Numbered from the stretch's first letter, positions 29,595 to 40,833 are shown. The stretch: DNA of 64,000 nucleotides from Alphaproteobacteria bacterium (GCA_015062305.1 SUUX01000006.1:8116-72115), one strand, 5' to 3'. The notes: generated from the sequence alone by a model not told the origin. Numbers and translations: made by a program.

Positions 29595-30653
29595 ATGGAT
29601 TTACGTTATTATATTTCTATTTTCGGAGCTATCATCGCTTTAATCTTGTCATTAGGATTACTGGGATATTCGAATTTACGCAAAAAACAACATCCCGCCA
29701 TTTTTATAATCACCCTAAGCCTCTTAGCCTCTCTCATATATTGCTTCTTTTTTTGGGATTCACTGGATTTCATAAATAACACCTCACCATGGACACTTAT
29801 CAGTATCTTTATAGGTATAATTCCAATAATTGTTAGTCATTTGCTTAGGTTAAAAACATTTTGGCACTATTTTTTCACCATAATTCCCATTGGCTTTATA
29901 ATTTTTTTCTCTAACATCCCAACAGATATCATCCCATCTCTTCCTGCATGGGGAAACCACATCATATGCTTTTTAATATGGGCTTACATATCCCTAACTT
30001 TTCACATTATTGCACCCAAAACAACTCTAGCCTCAACAGAAACCGCCTCAACAGGCTTAGGCATATATATATTATCCCTCTTAAAAGCCATTCCTTTTAG
30101 CTTTGGCTTTATTGCTCTTATTTTTAGCGTTTCTAGCCTAGCTCTTATCATACACAACAAAAAAGCCTCAAAAATAAGCATTCCTAAAGTCGATGCCGAT
30201 TGTTTAGGTTTTATTTTAGGTGGACTTTTCTATTTATGTGCAACAGAAAACGCTTTTAGCCCTGTTCTTATTTTTATGATGCTATTTATTTGTGAAACAG
30301 GATTAGCTTTGATACTAAAACTGTCTTTTCTACCTCAATATAAAGACCTTCATAACAACACAGCCTGCTCAAAGGCAGAGCAAAAAGGCCTCTTGCCTCC
30401 AATAATAAACAACCTTTTTGCTCGCATAAACATTCTTCTTGTTCTAATGGGATGCTTTCAAGTATACGCCCCCAATCAACATTCCATTCTTCTTATCTGC
30501 TTTGCAATCACATGCTGGCAGATGTATCGCCTTATAAATTGGAATTCGTTGACCTCAAACATCAAAGAAACCAATCTTATGGTTCAGCAAGCACTCAAAA
30601 AAAATATTAACAGGCTAAAAAACAACATCAACAACAAAAACAAGGCTGACTAA
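29595..30653 (+). CDS. Polytopic membrane protein, hypothetical (352 aa)
   Basis: About 9-10 TM. No diagnostic motif recognised. Confidence 0.5.
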   Translation: MDLRYYISIFGAIIALILSLGLLGYSNLRKKQHPAIFIITLSLLASLIYCFFFWDSLDFINNTSPWTLISIFIGIIPIIVSHLLRLKTFWHYFFTIIPIGFIIFFSNIPTDIIPSLPAWGNHIICFLIWAYISLTFHIIAPKTTLASTETASTGLGIYILSLLKAIPFSFGFIALIFSVSSLALIIHNKKASKISIPKVDADCLGFILGGLFYLCATENAFSPVLIFMMLFICETGLALILKLSFLPQYKDLHNNTACSKAEQKGLLPPIINNLFARINILLVLMGCFQVYAPNQHSILLICFAITCWQMYRLINWNSLTSNIKETNLMVQQALKKNINRLKNNINNKNKAD

Positions 30654-32020
30654 TGAAACTACTAAACTACTTAAAAAACATATTTCTTCAGCCTCGGACA
30701 ACATCTCCCGAAGAATTAACTCCTGAAGAAGCCTTACAAATAAACTTCAAAGTTGTTGTTGTTGAGTTTGCCGATAATGTAGAAGGCAATTGCGGAGAAA
30801 TAATCACAGCAAAACTACAGTCCTGTGAAGGTCTTTCTGTATCATATTTCAACCAACCTTTTGACAAAAGCTTCTTAAATTTAGAAAGCAGAACTCTTTT
30901 TGACTTAATTGATAAAGGTCAAACAATTTTAGATCGCACCGGCGCAGATGTTCTAGTATGGGGATGCCGAGAAGAAAATAAAATAAGACTAAACTTTCAA
31001 AATCCCCTTCAATATGAAACCGACGGAGATTGCTTCATATCGTTACTTGACAGTCTCTATTTACCAGCAGATATTTTCAAGAATTATGGAGCTTCTTTTC
31101 CAGCTCCTCTCACAAATTTATTATATGGAGCCATCATAAGTGCTCTTAATTTAGAAAACAAAACTCAAAAAATTCAAAAAAAATATTTACTCAAAAAAAT
31201 TATTGCTCGATTATCTGCAGATAATTCAGCAAAAAATCTTTCCGTAGATTATATTCCTTTTGTCATGAATTTTCTTAGTATCATCTATCTAAGTTACTGC
31301 GCCAAATCCAACGAAGACAAAGATTTTAAGATTGTACACAACCTGCTAGATACAGCCCTAAAACACCAAGACCTTATACAAAACCCCATTCATTTAGGTT
31401 GCATATATTACCACCTTGGTCAGTTATATGATGCCACAGCAGAACATTTAACCAAAAGGCCAACAAGCTCATATCGCAACTCCATAAACAGCTACCGCCT
31501 TGCTCAAAAATATCTCGGCAAATATACATATCCTTACGATTATGGATTAATTTCTTTCAAGCTCTCCAACCTTTTCTATAACTATTGGAAACAAAAAGAA
31601 GACCTCTCATCTCTACGCGATTCCGTATTTTATATGAGAGAAGCAGAAAAAATATTCACCTACGCTCTCTTTCCAGAATTTTGGGCTCAGATAGAAGGAA
31701 GGTTAGGATACCTTTTATCCCTCCTCAGCAACATCACCGACAATAATGAAATTGCAGAACTATCCATTGCTGCATACAAAAACCAACAAAAAATCATCAC
31801 CGAAAAGAGAGACCCCCTCCTCTGGGCTAGAATTCAAGAAAAAATTGGAGAAACCTATTTTCGTTTAGGAAAAAAAGAATCAGACAAAGATTCTCTTGAA
31901 GAAGCCTTAGAATATTTTCATGATGCCTTGTATATCTTCGAAAATATGAATCTTGAAAATGACAGCCAAAGGATATCTTCTTCAATATCAAAAACCAATA
32001 ATGTTATTAGTTATCAATAA
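30653..32020 (+). CDS. Hypothetical protein (455 aa), helical/TPR-like C-terminal half
   Basis: ATGA start-stop overlap with the upstream gene. No signal peptide. Confidence 0.5.
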   Translation: MKLLNYLKNIFLQPRTTSPEELTPEEALQINFKVVVVEFADNVEGNCGEIITAKLQSCEGLSVSYFNQPFDKSFLNLESRTLFDLIDKGQTILDRTGADVLVWGCREENKIRLNFQNPLQYETDGDCFISLLDSLYLPADIFKNYGASFPAPLTNLLYGAIISALNLENKTQKIQKKYLLKKIIARLSADNSAKNLSVDYIPFVMNFLSIIYLSYCAKSNEDKDFKIVHNLLDTALKHQDLIQNPIHLGCIYYHLGQLYDATAEHLTKRPTSSYRNSINSYRLAQKYLGKYTYPYDYGLISFKLSNLFYNYWKQKEDLSSLRDSVFYMREAEKIFTYALFPEFWAQIEGRLGYLLSLLSNITDNNEIAELSIAAYKNQQKIITEKRDPLLWARIQEKIGETYFRLGKKESDKDSLEEALEYFHDALYIFENMNLENDSQRISSSISKTNNVISYQ

Positions 32021-32046
32021 AAAAGGACGCATTACGCGCCCTTTTT
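32021..32046. terminator. Putative bidirectional terminator between 30653..32020 and trxA
   Basis: AAAAGGACGC attac GCGCCCTTTTT. Confidence 0.4.
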
Positions 32047-32064
32047 GCAAACAAAGACAAGCTT

Positions 32065-32379
32065 TTATACATTTGCATTGATCCAAGATTCCAAAGTAGA
32101 TTTTGAGTTCAATCCTACTTTTACATCAATTTGTTTTCCATCTTTAAACAAAAACATTGTAGGAATACTCCTAATCCCATACTGAGCTGCAGTATTTGGA
32201 GATTCATCAACATTCATCTTACATATTTCAACCTTATCAGACATCTCTTTAGAAACTTCTTCCAACACAGGAATTAATTGACGACAAGGGCCACACCATT
32301 CTGCCCAAAAATCAACTAAAACCAACCCTTTTGCCTTCAAAACCTCTTCCTCAAACTGAGCATCAGAAATCGCCTTCAT
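32065..32379 (-). CDS. trxA: Thioredoxin
   Basis: WAEWCGPCRQL active site. 104 aa. Downstream of addA, as in alphaproteobacteria. Confidence 0.9.
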   Translation of the reverse strand: MKAISDAQFEEEVLKAKGLVLVDFWAEWCGPCRQLIPVLEEVSKEMSDKVEICKMNVDESPNTAAQYGIRSIPTMFLFKDGKQIDVKVGLNSKSTLESWINANV

Positions 32380-32475
32380 AATTATCCTCCTACAAAAAAA
32401 ACAAAATATTCAATACAGTTAATATAATAAAAAAAATATCTAAATTAAAGAGCAAAATACAATTTGTTTAACAAA

Positions 32476-35400
32476 TTAATCAATTTTCATAATATTTGCT
32501 GTATTAGTCCACAAAATATACATTTCCACTGTTTTATTTTTATATATTCTTTCCACCAAAGATTTATACGCCCTTAACTGCTTAATATAAATATTAGGAA
32601 CATCTGCCAGACTTTTTGCGGCAGGTCTGTTTGTCTTAAAATCCACAATCATAACTTTATCTTCTAGCACAGCCAATCTGTCAATTTGCCCAGATATAAT
32701 TTGACCGTTAACCTCTCCCATTATAGGAACTTCAGACTTAGCTCTCGCCCCAAATAAAGGAGCAAATTTATCGTCATTTATCAAACAAACAACCTCTTCA
32801 ATTACTTGTTTCCGCTCCCTCTCAGACAAATAAGCCGCATGACGATTTACATATTCTGAGGCTTTTTGTCTTTGTTCTTCTTTTGCCACATCTGGCAATA
32901 GTTGTAACATTTTATGAATCAAAGACCCTCTTCTATAAAACTCAGGATGTTTTTCATTCAATGGAGAAGACGCCACAAAATCTTCATCATCTAATCTAGA
33001 TGGCATCAATGGCTTCGCCAACATTCCCTCTATTGGAGCTTCTTTTTTTATCCACTCAAAACACATTTCTTCTTTTTTTTGTTTTTCACAACATTCTTCT
33101 GCTGGCAAAGGAGCCGTCTGAATAACATCATAAATCAAATTATCTTGTTCTTTTCTTGATATTTTCGATATAGCCTTACGGCAAAGTTCATACCAACTAT
33201 CTTCACTTACCTTTCCACCGCGTTGGTACCCACACAAACATAATCGCTCTTCTGCTCTTGTCAAAGCAACATAAAGCAATCTATGATATTCATCTAAAGA
33301 TTTTTTCTTTTCATCTTCTTTTATTTTTTTACAATTCTTCTCATATTCTGCAGACCCAAATGGATAAAACAAAACATCTTCATCCATCAATAGACCTGCT
33401 TCATTTCTAATTGCTTTTACTCTTACCATATCTGGCAATATAACAACTGGCGCCTGCAAACCTTTAGAGCCATGAACTGTCATTATCCTAACCGCATCAA
33501 CATCGCTCTGTTCCATTTCTCTTTTAATTTCAACATCATCTTCTGCAATCCATTCAATAAACAACTGCATAGAAGGAATATGTTCTTGCTCAAATCTCAA
33601 AGACAAATTAATAAACTCATCCAAACCATCTTCTACTTCAAAGCCAATTCTGGAAACAAACTTTTTTCGCCCTTCCATACGGTTCAATACATAGCTATAA
33701 AATTCAAAAGGTCGAACTTTATCCGCCATATTCAGCAACTGTTGCAGTTTTTCTGATACTTCTTCATACTTAGTATTTTCTTTTATCCTCTGCCACAAAG
33801 ACATATTTTTTCGATTATAACACAAATCTAACAAATCATCATCTTGTAATCCAAACAAAGGTGATTTTAAAATTTCGGCCAAAGTCAAATCATCATCCGG
33901 AAGCAAAACAAATTTTCCTAAAGAAACCAAGTCTTGAACAGCAATTTGTTCCAACAATCTAATTTTGTCTGCTCCAGCAATATTTACGCCCACATTTTTA
34001 CAAGCTCTAATCAATTCCTCAACAAAGCTATTTCTTCGCTGAACCAATATCATAAAGTCTCTATATCTTAATGGACGATTTTGAGAAACAAGCATTTCCC
34101 GCTCACTAACCATCTTATATATTCTGGCGGCAATCATTTTTGCTAATTTAGAGCTTGTCGATTCTGCAACAACTCTTTCAACGGGAGGCAACCATATGTC
34201 TGGGTTTTCTCCTTTTTCAGCTTCTACTAATGGCCATAATTCCACCTTTCCTGCCTCTCCGATTCTAGATGGTATATGCCACACTTTCTGCTCTTCTGTT
34301 GCCACGCCTTGTTTAGCATCATCTTCCGCAAAAACACTGTTGACAACGTCCAAAATTGCAGCTGTAGACCTAAAAGAAACTTCCAAATTGATTTTTTTAA
34401 ACCCTACTTTTGCATTTTTCTGCCCCAAAAAATGTTTGCACATTTTTTCAAACTCAACAGGGTCTGCTCCCTGAAAAGAATAAATAGACTGCTTTCTATC
34501 TCCAACCACAAATAACGTACCATTTTTTTCTTTTGTTCCATTCCCATAAAAAAACTCATTGGTTATAGCTCTAACAATTGCCCACTGATCTGCTGAAGTA
34601 TCTTGAGCCTCATCAATCAATACATTATCTATTCCACCGTCAAGCTTATACAAAACCCACTCTGCAACTTGTGGATTTTCCAATAAATTTCTGGCTAAAA
34701 CAATCAAATCTTCATAATCTGCTTTTGAATGTAATTCCTTATATTTACTATAACCATCCAATAATTCTTCGGCCAACAGCACCACTGCTTTCGTTGATTC
34801 AAACAACTTAATTGCCGCCAACCTATTATCAAAATCCAGCACTCGAGAAGTTTCCTCATCAACAAATTCTCTTCCCTCTGGATATATCTTAAACACCTCT
34901 TGAGTCGCAAATCTCTTTCTTGGCTCACCCTTATCCGTCACAAATATTTTTCGATAAGCATCATAATTTTTCAACTTAACAGCAGCACCTAAATCTTTAG
35001 CTTTTTCAGCATCTGCAGAAGATCCTTTTTGCATCGCCCCAACCAAAGACTTTATCTCAGATAATCTTATTTGTCTCCAAAACTCATTCTCAATATCTTC
35101 CGATGTATCATCAAAATTCAAGCTCAATTTTTTAGCAACATTATGCAATAAAACATCTGCTCCTCCATTTTTCTTTAGCAAACGCATTATTTTACTTCTA
35201 TTTTCAGTCAACGAATTCATCAATGAAGGAAACGTAAATTCGCTCATTTTTGCAGTAATAAAAGCTAGGACCTTTGCTGTTTTGCTTTCAGGTTCTTCTT
35301 CTATTTTTTGCAAAAGTTTTTTTCTTATTACAAACAATGCTTCTTTTGCTGTCCTATCATCCATAACTTCAAAATATGGCGATATTTTCGCTTCTAGAGG

Positions 35401-35841
35401 AAATCTTTTTAATATTTCCTGACAAAAACTATGAATAGTTTGTATTTTCATCCCTCCGGGAGTATCCAACAACACTGCAAACAAACGTCTTGCCTGAGCC
35501 ATTAATTTTGCAGAAACATTATCAATTCCCAAAAGTTTCATCAATTCGCCACACAAAACCTCATCGCTTGCAACAGCCCACTTGCTAAGCTTATCAGCTA
35601 TTCTAGAGCTCATTTCCACAGCAGCTGCTTTTGTATATGTCAAACACAATATTTTTCCGGGCAAATTTCCTTCCAACAACAACCTTAAAACTCTGTCTGA
35701 AAGAACTTTTGTTTTTCCCGTTCCTGCTGAAGCCTCCACCCATACAGACAATTCCGGATTAGATGCTTGCCTCTGCTGAGCAGAAGCCAAATCTATTCTT
35801 TTTTGCTTTTCTTCTTTTAGGTCAATCATCTTCAGCCTCAT
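32476..35841 (-). CDS. addA: Double-strand break repair helicase/nuclease AddA (UvrD-like)
   Basis: Walker A EASAGTGKTKVL, UvrD helicase motifs, and a C-terminal PD-(D/E)xK nuclease. Start placed at the ATG at 35841 (MRLKMIDLKEE...), overlapping the addB stop; the ATG at 35829 is an alternative. Confidence 0.88.
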   Translation of the reverse strand: MRLKMIDLKEEKQKRIDLASAQQRQASNPELSVWVEASAGTGKTKVLSDRVLRLLLEGNLPGKILCLTYTKAAAVEMSSRIADKLSKWAVASDEVLCGELMKLLGIDNVSAKLMAQARRLFAVLLDTPGGMKIQTIHSFCQEILKRFPLEAKISPYFEVMDDRTAKEALFVIRKKLLQKIEEEPESKTAKVLAFITAKMSEFTFPSLMNSLTENRSKIMRLLKKNGGADVLLHNVAKKLSLNFDDTSEDIENEFWRQIRLSEIKSLVGAMQKGSSADAEKAKDLGAAVKLKNYDAYRKIFVTDKGEPRKRFATQEVFKIYPEGREFVDEETSRVLDFDNRLAAIKLFESTKAVVLLAEELLDGYSKYKELHSKADYEDLIVLARNLLENPQVAEWVLYKLDGGIDNVLIDEAQDTSADQWAIVRAITNEFFYGNGTKEKNGTLFVVGDRKQSIYSFQGADPVEFEKMCKHFLGQKNAKVGFKKINLEVSFRSTAAILDVVNSVFAEDDAKQGVATEEQKVWHIPSRIGEAGKVELWPLVEAEKGENPDIWLPPVERVVAESTSSKLAKMIAARIYKMVSEREMLVSQNRPLRYRDFMILVQRRNSFVEELIRACKNVGVNIAGADKIRLLEQIAVQDLVSLGKFVLLPDDDLTLAEILKSPLFGLQDDDLLDLCYNRKNMSLWQRIKENTKYEEVSEKLQQLLNMADKVRPFEFYSYVLNRMEGRKKFVSRIGFEVEDGLDEFINLSLRFEQEHIPSMQLFIEWIAEDDVEIKREMEQSDVDAVRIMTVHGSKGLQAPVVILPDMVRVKAIRNEAGLLMDEDVLFYPFGSAEYEKNCKKIKEDEKKKSLDEYHRLLYVALTRAEERLCLCGYQRGGKVSEDSWYELCRKAISKISRKEQDNLIYDVIQTAPLPAEECCEKQKKEEMCFEWIKKEAPIEGMLAKPLMPSRLDDEDFVASSPLNEKHPEFYRRGSLIHKMLQLLPDVAKEEQRQKASEYVNRHAAYLSERERKQVIEEVVCLINDDKFAPLFGARAKSEVPIMGEVNGQIISGQIDRLAVLEDKVMIVDFKTNRPAAKSLADVPNIYIKQLRAYKSLVERIYKNKTVEMYILWTNTANIMKID

Positions 35842-38722
35842 TAACGTACCATTCTTTAACTCGAGCCAAATGTTCATAATCCGAATATTCTGGCACTCTT
35901 TTAGGATTTGGATGACAGATATACGCCGTTTCTTCAATATCAAATAGAGTTATCAATTCCTTTATTCTTTGCTCCGTATTTTCCAATATTTTTTCCAGTT
36001 CTTTCTCTATCACGATCTGTTTCTTAGACAATTGCCAATACATCAATTTTTCAACGTCTGCAGCAGATACCCCCTCAAAACCACCACTCTTTACAATCAA
36101 TCCTTCCAACGGTAGCTGAGGAGCAAAACCAGCGCAAACTTCCTTAACACTTCTCGCTTTACCTGTTTTATAATCAATGATATTCACTCGTCCATCAGAC
36201 ACAACATCTATTCTATCTGCCTTTGCTGTTACCCTAAATCTTCCTCCGGCCAAATCCCAATCAACAAACCCTTTTGTTTCATTTATAACCCGAACAATTT
36301 CTTTTCTATAATCTTGCTCTATCTCAGCCAAATGCTCTATCATTTTTGCAAATCTTGGCCACCAAAACGCCTTTTTATCTGCCAGTTTTTCATCTGCAGA
36401 AAACTTTTTACGTCCCATTTCTAATAAAATTTCTTTTCCAGATTCCGGAAACACGCATGAATATTTGTTATTAAATTCTTCCAATACCGAATGCAATAAA
36501 TCTCCAAAATCAGCCGGTGTAAGTTCTTCTTTTAAGCCATCCAGAGGATATAATTTCAAAATATATTTAGCAAAAACACTATATGGGTCTCGCATTAACA
36601 GCTCTATACCACTAACAGATAGTTCTCTTGGTCTTACTTGCAAAGGAGGGGTCGGAGCAGGCGCCAAAATTTTTTCAAATATTTCTGGTTCATCTATTTT
36701 TTCTGATGCATATGAATATCTTGTTTCTACCAAGTGCTTAACATCTATTTTCCAGGCCTTCAAAACAGTTTCCAAACGCATCCACCATCTAGATTTCAGC
36801 ATTGGAGCCCCCTCCACTCTGTTTGCTCGAGTTAAATATACATCTTTGGCCCCCATAAACGACACCAAATCCAAACCCAAAATCCCAATAGCCTTTTCCT
36901 GCAGAGGGAATCCAAAATCTTTTTTCATTGGTCTAGACATCCAAGGATCTGACGGAGCTGCTTGTGGCCACACTCCTTCGTTAACCTCTCCCAAAATCAT
37001 AACGTCTGCTTGATTAAATCTCGCCTCAATAGGTCCTAAAATTTTCAACCTCGGATGCATACCATAGCGCAACCTCACCGGTTTTTCAAAAGACAAAGCC
37101 TCAAAAAAAGCCAAATATTCAGAAGAATCTATTTTTCCTAAAACATCTGAGTTTTCAATCAGCTCTGCTACAAGCTTAGCCCCCACATCTCCAGCCTCTC
37201 CTCGCCATAAAGCCTCTGCACCGCCTAAAGCATCACTCTGAGCTATTTTTTCTGCGGTCCTTATGTGTTCTTCAACCAGTTCTTTTAACTGCACATCTGT
37301 TTTTCTTATTATTTCCCGCAAAGGAAGCAACTTTTCTTGTAATTCTCTTAAAATACTTTCATCATTATCATTTGGCTTTACTCTTTTTCTCCATACATTT
37401 TTTTCCATATTTCGTGTCTGGTTTCTCACATCTGATTTTACCATGCCCAAACAACACAACGGATGTTTCAACAACGCCAATATCTCCGACTTACCGGCAT
37501 CTTGTTGTGCCGCAGAAAACACCAACCGCATAAAAATCCCCCATGGCGTCAAAGCCAATGGCTTGCCGGCAGAATCATCAATCTTTATATTCCAACGTTC
37601 CAGTTCTCCGGCCACTCTTCTGGCCAAATTTCTATCTGGCGTAACCAGAATTGCTGTTTTTTCAGGCGTTTCCAAAACCTCACGCATCAAAAGAGCTATA
37701 CATAAAGCTTCTTCTCTAACATCAGCACAATCCAACAAATGCAAACCGTTTATAGCTTGTCTGTCCATGCTTTTATCTGTCAAAAGCCTCCATTTATCAC
37801 TCTTGGAAGCCGGGCGCATCATTTCAGATAACAACACTTCTCTTTCTTCACGTTGAGAAACCGCTATATTTTTTACTTCTTCTCTAGAAACGCCCAAATA
37901 CTCCAAAAGTTTTTTTAGTTCATATTGTGGATGCGTTTCATCCACCTCATCCCAAGATTCCTCATCCAAATTTTTATCCAAGCAGTTCAAAATTACCTCT
38001 CCCCGAGGCAGATTTGCAACCACTTTCACCAATTCTCGCATAGCCGGATATGTAGCTGTACTTCCTGCCACAATAATTCTTTTTTGTGTTTTATGTTTTT
38101 CCCAAATTTCTGCTTGAGTTCGAATCAATTGCATTTTTCTCTTACTTGCATCTACACTTTTTCGCTCAATCAAAATTTCAGGCCAATATTTAGTTATAAT
38201 TTCCAAAAAACGTAAAGTTTCTTGCCAATGTCCGGCATATTCTTCAGGAACCAAATTATTCAAATTGGCAAAGTCCAACTCTTCATAATTAACCGTATCA
38301 ATCAAATTGCCCAAATCTCTTGCTAAAGCGTACGCCTGATTCAAGGATATTTTCTCCGCTCCAAATTCTTGAGGACGGGACATAATAATTTTAACAAACA
38401 ACAAATTCCTTTCCATCGGGTTCATTGCTGGCAACATAGCCATTTCTGCCTGTGTTGCATCTATACCAAACCATACCACATCTTCTTCCATTTCACCCAA
38501 AGGCATCATTTGTGGCAACATTGTTGGTTGCATTCCTTGTCTTCGCACAAAAGCATCTGCCATTGTTTTGCAAGATCTTCTATTTGGCAACAGCAACAAC
38601 ACATCCGATAGTTCCAACGGATTCTCTCTATATTCATTCAGCAATTTTTCCGCAACAACATCTGCAAAATTATTAGACGCAGAAATATTAAAAATATTAT
38701 TTTGCACCAAACATTTCCTCAA
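35822..38722 (-). CDS. addB: Double-strand break repair protein AddB
   Basis: 966 aa. Inactive helicase-like N-terminus with a C-terminal nuclease. Immediately upstream of and overlapping addA. Confidence 0.85.
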   Translation of the reverse strand: MRKCLVQNNIFNISASNNFADVVAEKLLNEYRENPLELSDVLLLLPNRRSCKTMADAFVRRQGMQPTMLPQMMPLGEMEEDVVWFGIDATQAEMAMLPAMNPMERNLLFVKIIMSRPQEFGAEKISLNQAYALARDLGNLIDTVNYEELDFANLNNLVPEEYAGHWQETLRFLEIITKYWPEILIERKSVDASKRKMQLIRTQAEIWEKHKTQKRIIVAGSTATYPAMRELVKVVANLPRGEVILNCLDKNLDEESWDEVDETHPQYELKKLLEYLGVSREEVKNIAVSQREEREVLLSEMMRPASKSDKWRLLTDKSMDRQAINGLHLLDCADVREEALCIALLMREVLETPEKTAILVTPDRNLARRVAGELERWNIKIDDSAGKPLALTPWGIFMRLVFSAAQQDAGKSEILALLKHPLCCLGMVKSDVRNQTRNMEKNVWRKRVKPNDNDESILRELQEKLLPLREIIRKTDVQLKELVEEHIRTAEKIAQSDALGGAEALWRGEAGDVGAKLVAELIENSDVLGKIDSSEYLAFFEALSFEKPVRLRYGMHPRLKILGPIEARFNQADVMILGEVNEGVWPQAAPSDPWMSRPMKKDFGFPLQEKAIGILGLDLVSFMGAKDVYLTRANRVEGAPMLKSRWWMRLETVLKAWKIDVKHLVETRYSYASEKIDEPEIFEKILAPAPTPPLQVRPRELSVSGIELLMRDPYSVFAKYILKLYPLDGLKEELTPADFGDLLHSVLEEFNNKYSCVFPESGKEILLEMGRKKFSADEKLADKKAFWWPRFAKMIEHLAEIEQDYRKEIVRVINETKGFVDWDLAGGRFRVTAKADRIDVVSDGRVNIIDYKTGKARSVKEVCAGFAPQLPLEGLIVKSGGFEGVSAADVEKLMYWQLSKKQIVIEKELEKILENTEQRIKELITLFDIEETAYICHPNPKRVPEYSDYEHLARVKEWYVNEAEDD

Positions 38723-39281
38723 TAAAACATCTCAAAGCTTTTCCTCTATGAGACACTGCGGCTTTTTCATTTCCTTCTACTTCTGCAAATGTTTTATTCC
38801 ACCCATCCGGAACAAACACAGGATCAAACCCAAAACCTTTGTTTCCTCTTCGCTCCGGTATAATCATTCCATCAACTTTCCCCTCAAAAAAGCGCACTTT
38901 TTCTCCAGGTATTTTAAGAGCCAACACACAAGCAAAATAAGCAGACCAATCTTCAGCATTCATGCTTTGCAACTCTGCCACCAACTTACCTATACGAGCA
39001 TCACTATCTGGAGCATATCTTGCAGAATAGACACCAGGTTTGCCACCCAACGCCTTCACACACAAACCAGAATCATCTGCCAAACAAGGCAATCCTGTAT
39101 ATTCGGCCAAAGTTTCTGCCTTCATAGCTGCATTTTCTGCAAAAGTTTCTCCTGTTTCTTCCACATCTGGCAACTCCATATCTTGAGCAGACAACACTTC
39201 CACCCCCCATGGAGCCAACATTTCTTTTAACTCTTCTATTTTTCCCTCATTATGTGTTGCCAAAAGCAATTTTTTTATCAT
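38697..39281 (-). CDS. rdgB: Non-canonical purine NTP pyrophosphatase (RdgB/HAM1, ITPase)
   Basis: LATHNEGKIEE...DSGLCV. 194 aa. Confidence 0.9.
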   Translation of the reverse strand: MIKKLLLATHNEGKIEELKEMLAPWGVEVLSAQDMELPDVEETGETFAENAAMKAETLAEYTGLPCLADDSGLCVKALGGKPGVYSARYAPDSDARIGKLVAELQSMNAEDWSAYFACVLALKIPGEKVRFFEGKVDGMIIPERRGNKGFGFDPVFVPDGWNKTFAEVEGNEKAAVSHRGKALRCFIEEMFGAK

Positions 39282-39995
39282 CTATTTCACTCCCAAAGCT
39301 TCTTTTTGTTTTGTGATTAACTCTTTAATCCCTTGTTTACCCAGAGACAGCATCTGATAAAATTGTTCTTCATCAAAAGGCTCCCCTTCAGCCGTTCCCT
39401 GTATTTCCACCAATTTTCCACTTTCCGTCATCACAAAATTCATGTCCACTTGCGAATTTGAGTCCTCCTCATAATCCACATCCAAAATAGCCTCACCATT
39501 ATAAATATCACAAGACACAGCAGCCACAAATTCTCTGATTGGATTCTCTTTAAGTTTTTTTTGCTTCATCAACATCTGTACTGCCAAATACAAAGCAACA
39601 AAACCTCCTGTAATAGAGGCCACTCTTGTTCCTCCGTCTGCCTGAATCACATCACAATCTATGCATATTGAAAAATCCTTCATTTTTTCTAAATCCACCA
39701 CCGAACGCAAAGAGCGGCCCACCAGTCTCTGTATCTCTTGTGTTCGCCCCGAAGGTTTTTTCGATTCTCTGGGAATTCTCACCTGAGCAGACCTAGGCAA
39801 CATTGCATATTCTGCAGTAACCCATCCTTTGTTTTGACCTTTCAACCAAGCAGGCAATTTATCTTCCACACTTGCAGTACAAATCACATGGGTATTTCCA
39901 TATTTTACCAAACAAGACCCTTCTGCATAAGGGTTAAAATTTGGAATTAACTCTATATCTCTCAAACAATTATTGGCTCGATTACAGTGACGCAT
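39282..39995 (-). CDS. rph: Ribonuclease PH
   Basis: 237 aa. [31 protein letters not shown]... Typical rph-rdgB pair. Confidence 0.95.
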   Translation of the reverse strand: MRHCNRANNCLRDIELIPNFNPYAEGSCLVKYGNTHVICTASVEDKLPAWLKGQNKGWVTAEYAMLPRSAQVRIPRESKKPSGRTQEIQRLVGRSLRSVVDLEKMKDFSICIDCDVIQADGGTRVASITGGFVALYLAVQMLMKQKKLKENPIREFVAAVSCDIYNGEAILDVDYEEDSNSQVDMNFVMTESGKLVEIQGTAEGEPFDEEQFYQMLSLGKQGIKELITKQKEALGVK

Positions 39996-40059
39996 TTTTC
40001 AAATCTCAAAAAGTTAAAACTACCAAGTAGCATAAGCTGATTAAGACATTATATCAACA

Positions 40060-40096
40060 AAAAAAGCTTTGTTTTTTATCAAAACAAAGCTTCTTT
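40060..40096. terminator. Bidirectional rho-independent terminator downstream of grpE
   Basis: AAGCTTTGTTTT ttatc AAAACAAAGCTT with flanking A-runs and T-runs. Confidence 0.6.
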
Positions 40097-40120
40097 ATCT
40101 TCACGAACCTACCAACCAAG

Positions 40121-40690
40121 TTATTTTGTAACAACAACCATAGCTTCTCTAAGGATTCTACCATTTATCATATAACCTGTTTGCAATTCTGCAATAATTG
40201 TCCCCGCTGGTTTAGTCGCATCTTCCACCTCTTGAATCACCTGATGAAAATTAGGATCAAATACCTGCCCCATAATCTCCATTTTAGATATTCCAAATTT
40301 AGCAAACACTTTCATCAATTCTGCCTCTGTCAGTTCCACTCCTTTCTTCAAGGCGTCACAACTGTCATTACCTGCTTCGTTGTCCACAGCCTCAATTGCT
40401 CTATGCAAATTATCTGCAACAGACAACAAATTTTTAGCAAAATCAGCAATCGCATATTTATTATTTTTTTCAATCTCTTGTGCACATCTTTTTTTCACAT
40501 TTTCTGCATCTGCAAATGCTCGCAAAAAATCCTCTTTCAGTTTCTGATTTTCCAAGCGCAAAAGCTCCAACTCATCGTCATCTTTCTGCACCTCTTCCTG
40601 CAGATTCTCTTTCACAATTTCCTCTGTTGAATTATCCAAAACATCTTCGTTTTCTATTTCATTTTGCTGTTTTTTGTTTTTATTCATCAT
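40121..40690 (-). CDS. grpE: Nucleotide exchange factor GrpE
   Basis: LKEDFLRAFADAENVKKR...IADFAKNLLSVADNL. Start set to MMNKNKK (40690); the longer N-terminal extension in the track covers a promoter-like region. Confidence 0.85.
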   Translation of the reverse strand: MMNKNKKQQNEIENEDVLDNSTEEIVKENLQEEVQKDDDELELLRLENQKLKEDFLRAFADAENVKKRCAQEIEKNNKYAIADFAKNLLSVADNLHRAIEAVDNEAGNDSCDALKKGVELTEAELMKVFAKFGISKMEIMGQVFDPNFHQVIQEVEDATKPAGTIIAELQTGYMINGRILREAMVVVTK

Positions 40691-40750
40691 CTTTCTCTTC
40701 AAAAATTGTTTTCTAATGTGCATATCTATAAGGAATTTAGTGACTAATGC

Positions 40751-40780
40751 TTGACAAGTCAAGAGCTATAGTCTTTTAAT
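40751..40780 (+). promoter_or_regulatory. Candidate promoter for the glycosyltransferase gene, within a palindromic TTGACAAGTCAA element
   Basis: TTGACA-N18-TTTAAT, 54 nt upstream of the ATG at 40834. Lies in the divergent grpE/GT region. Confidence 0.3.
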
Positions 40781-40833
40781 AAAGACATAAGCCAAAAGAT
40801 TTAATTATTTTTTTCGTTCTTGAAAGATTTGAT

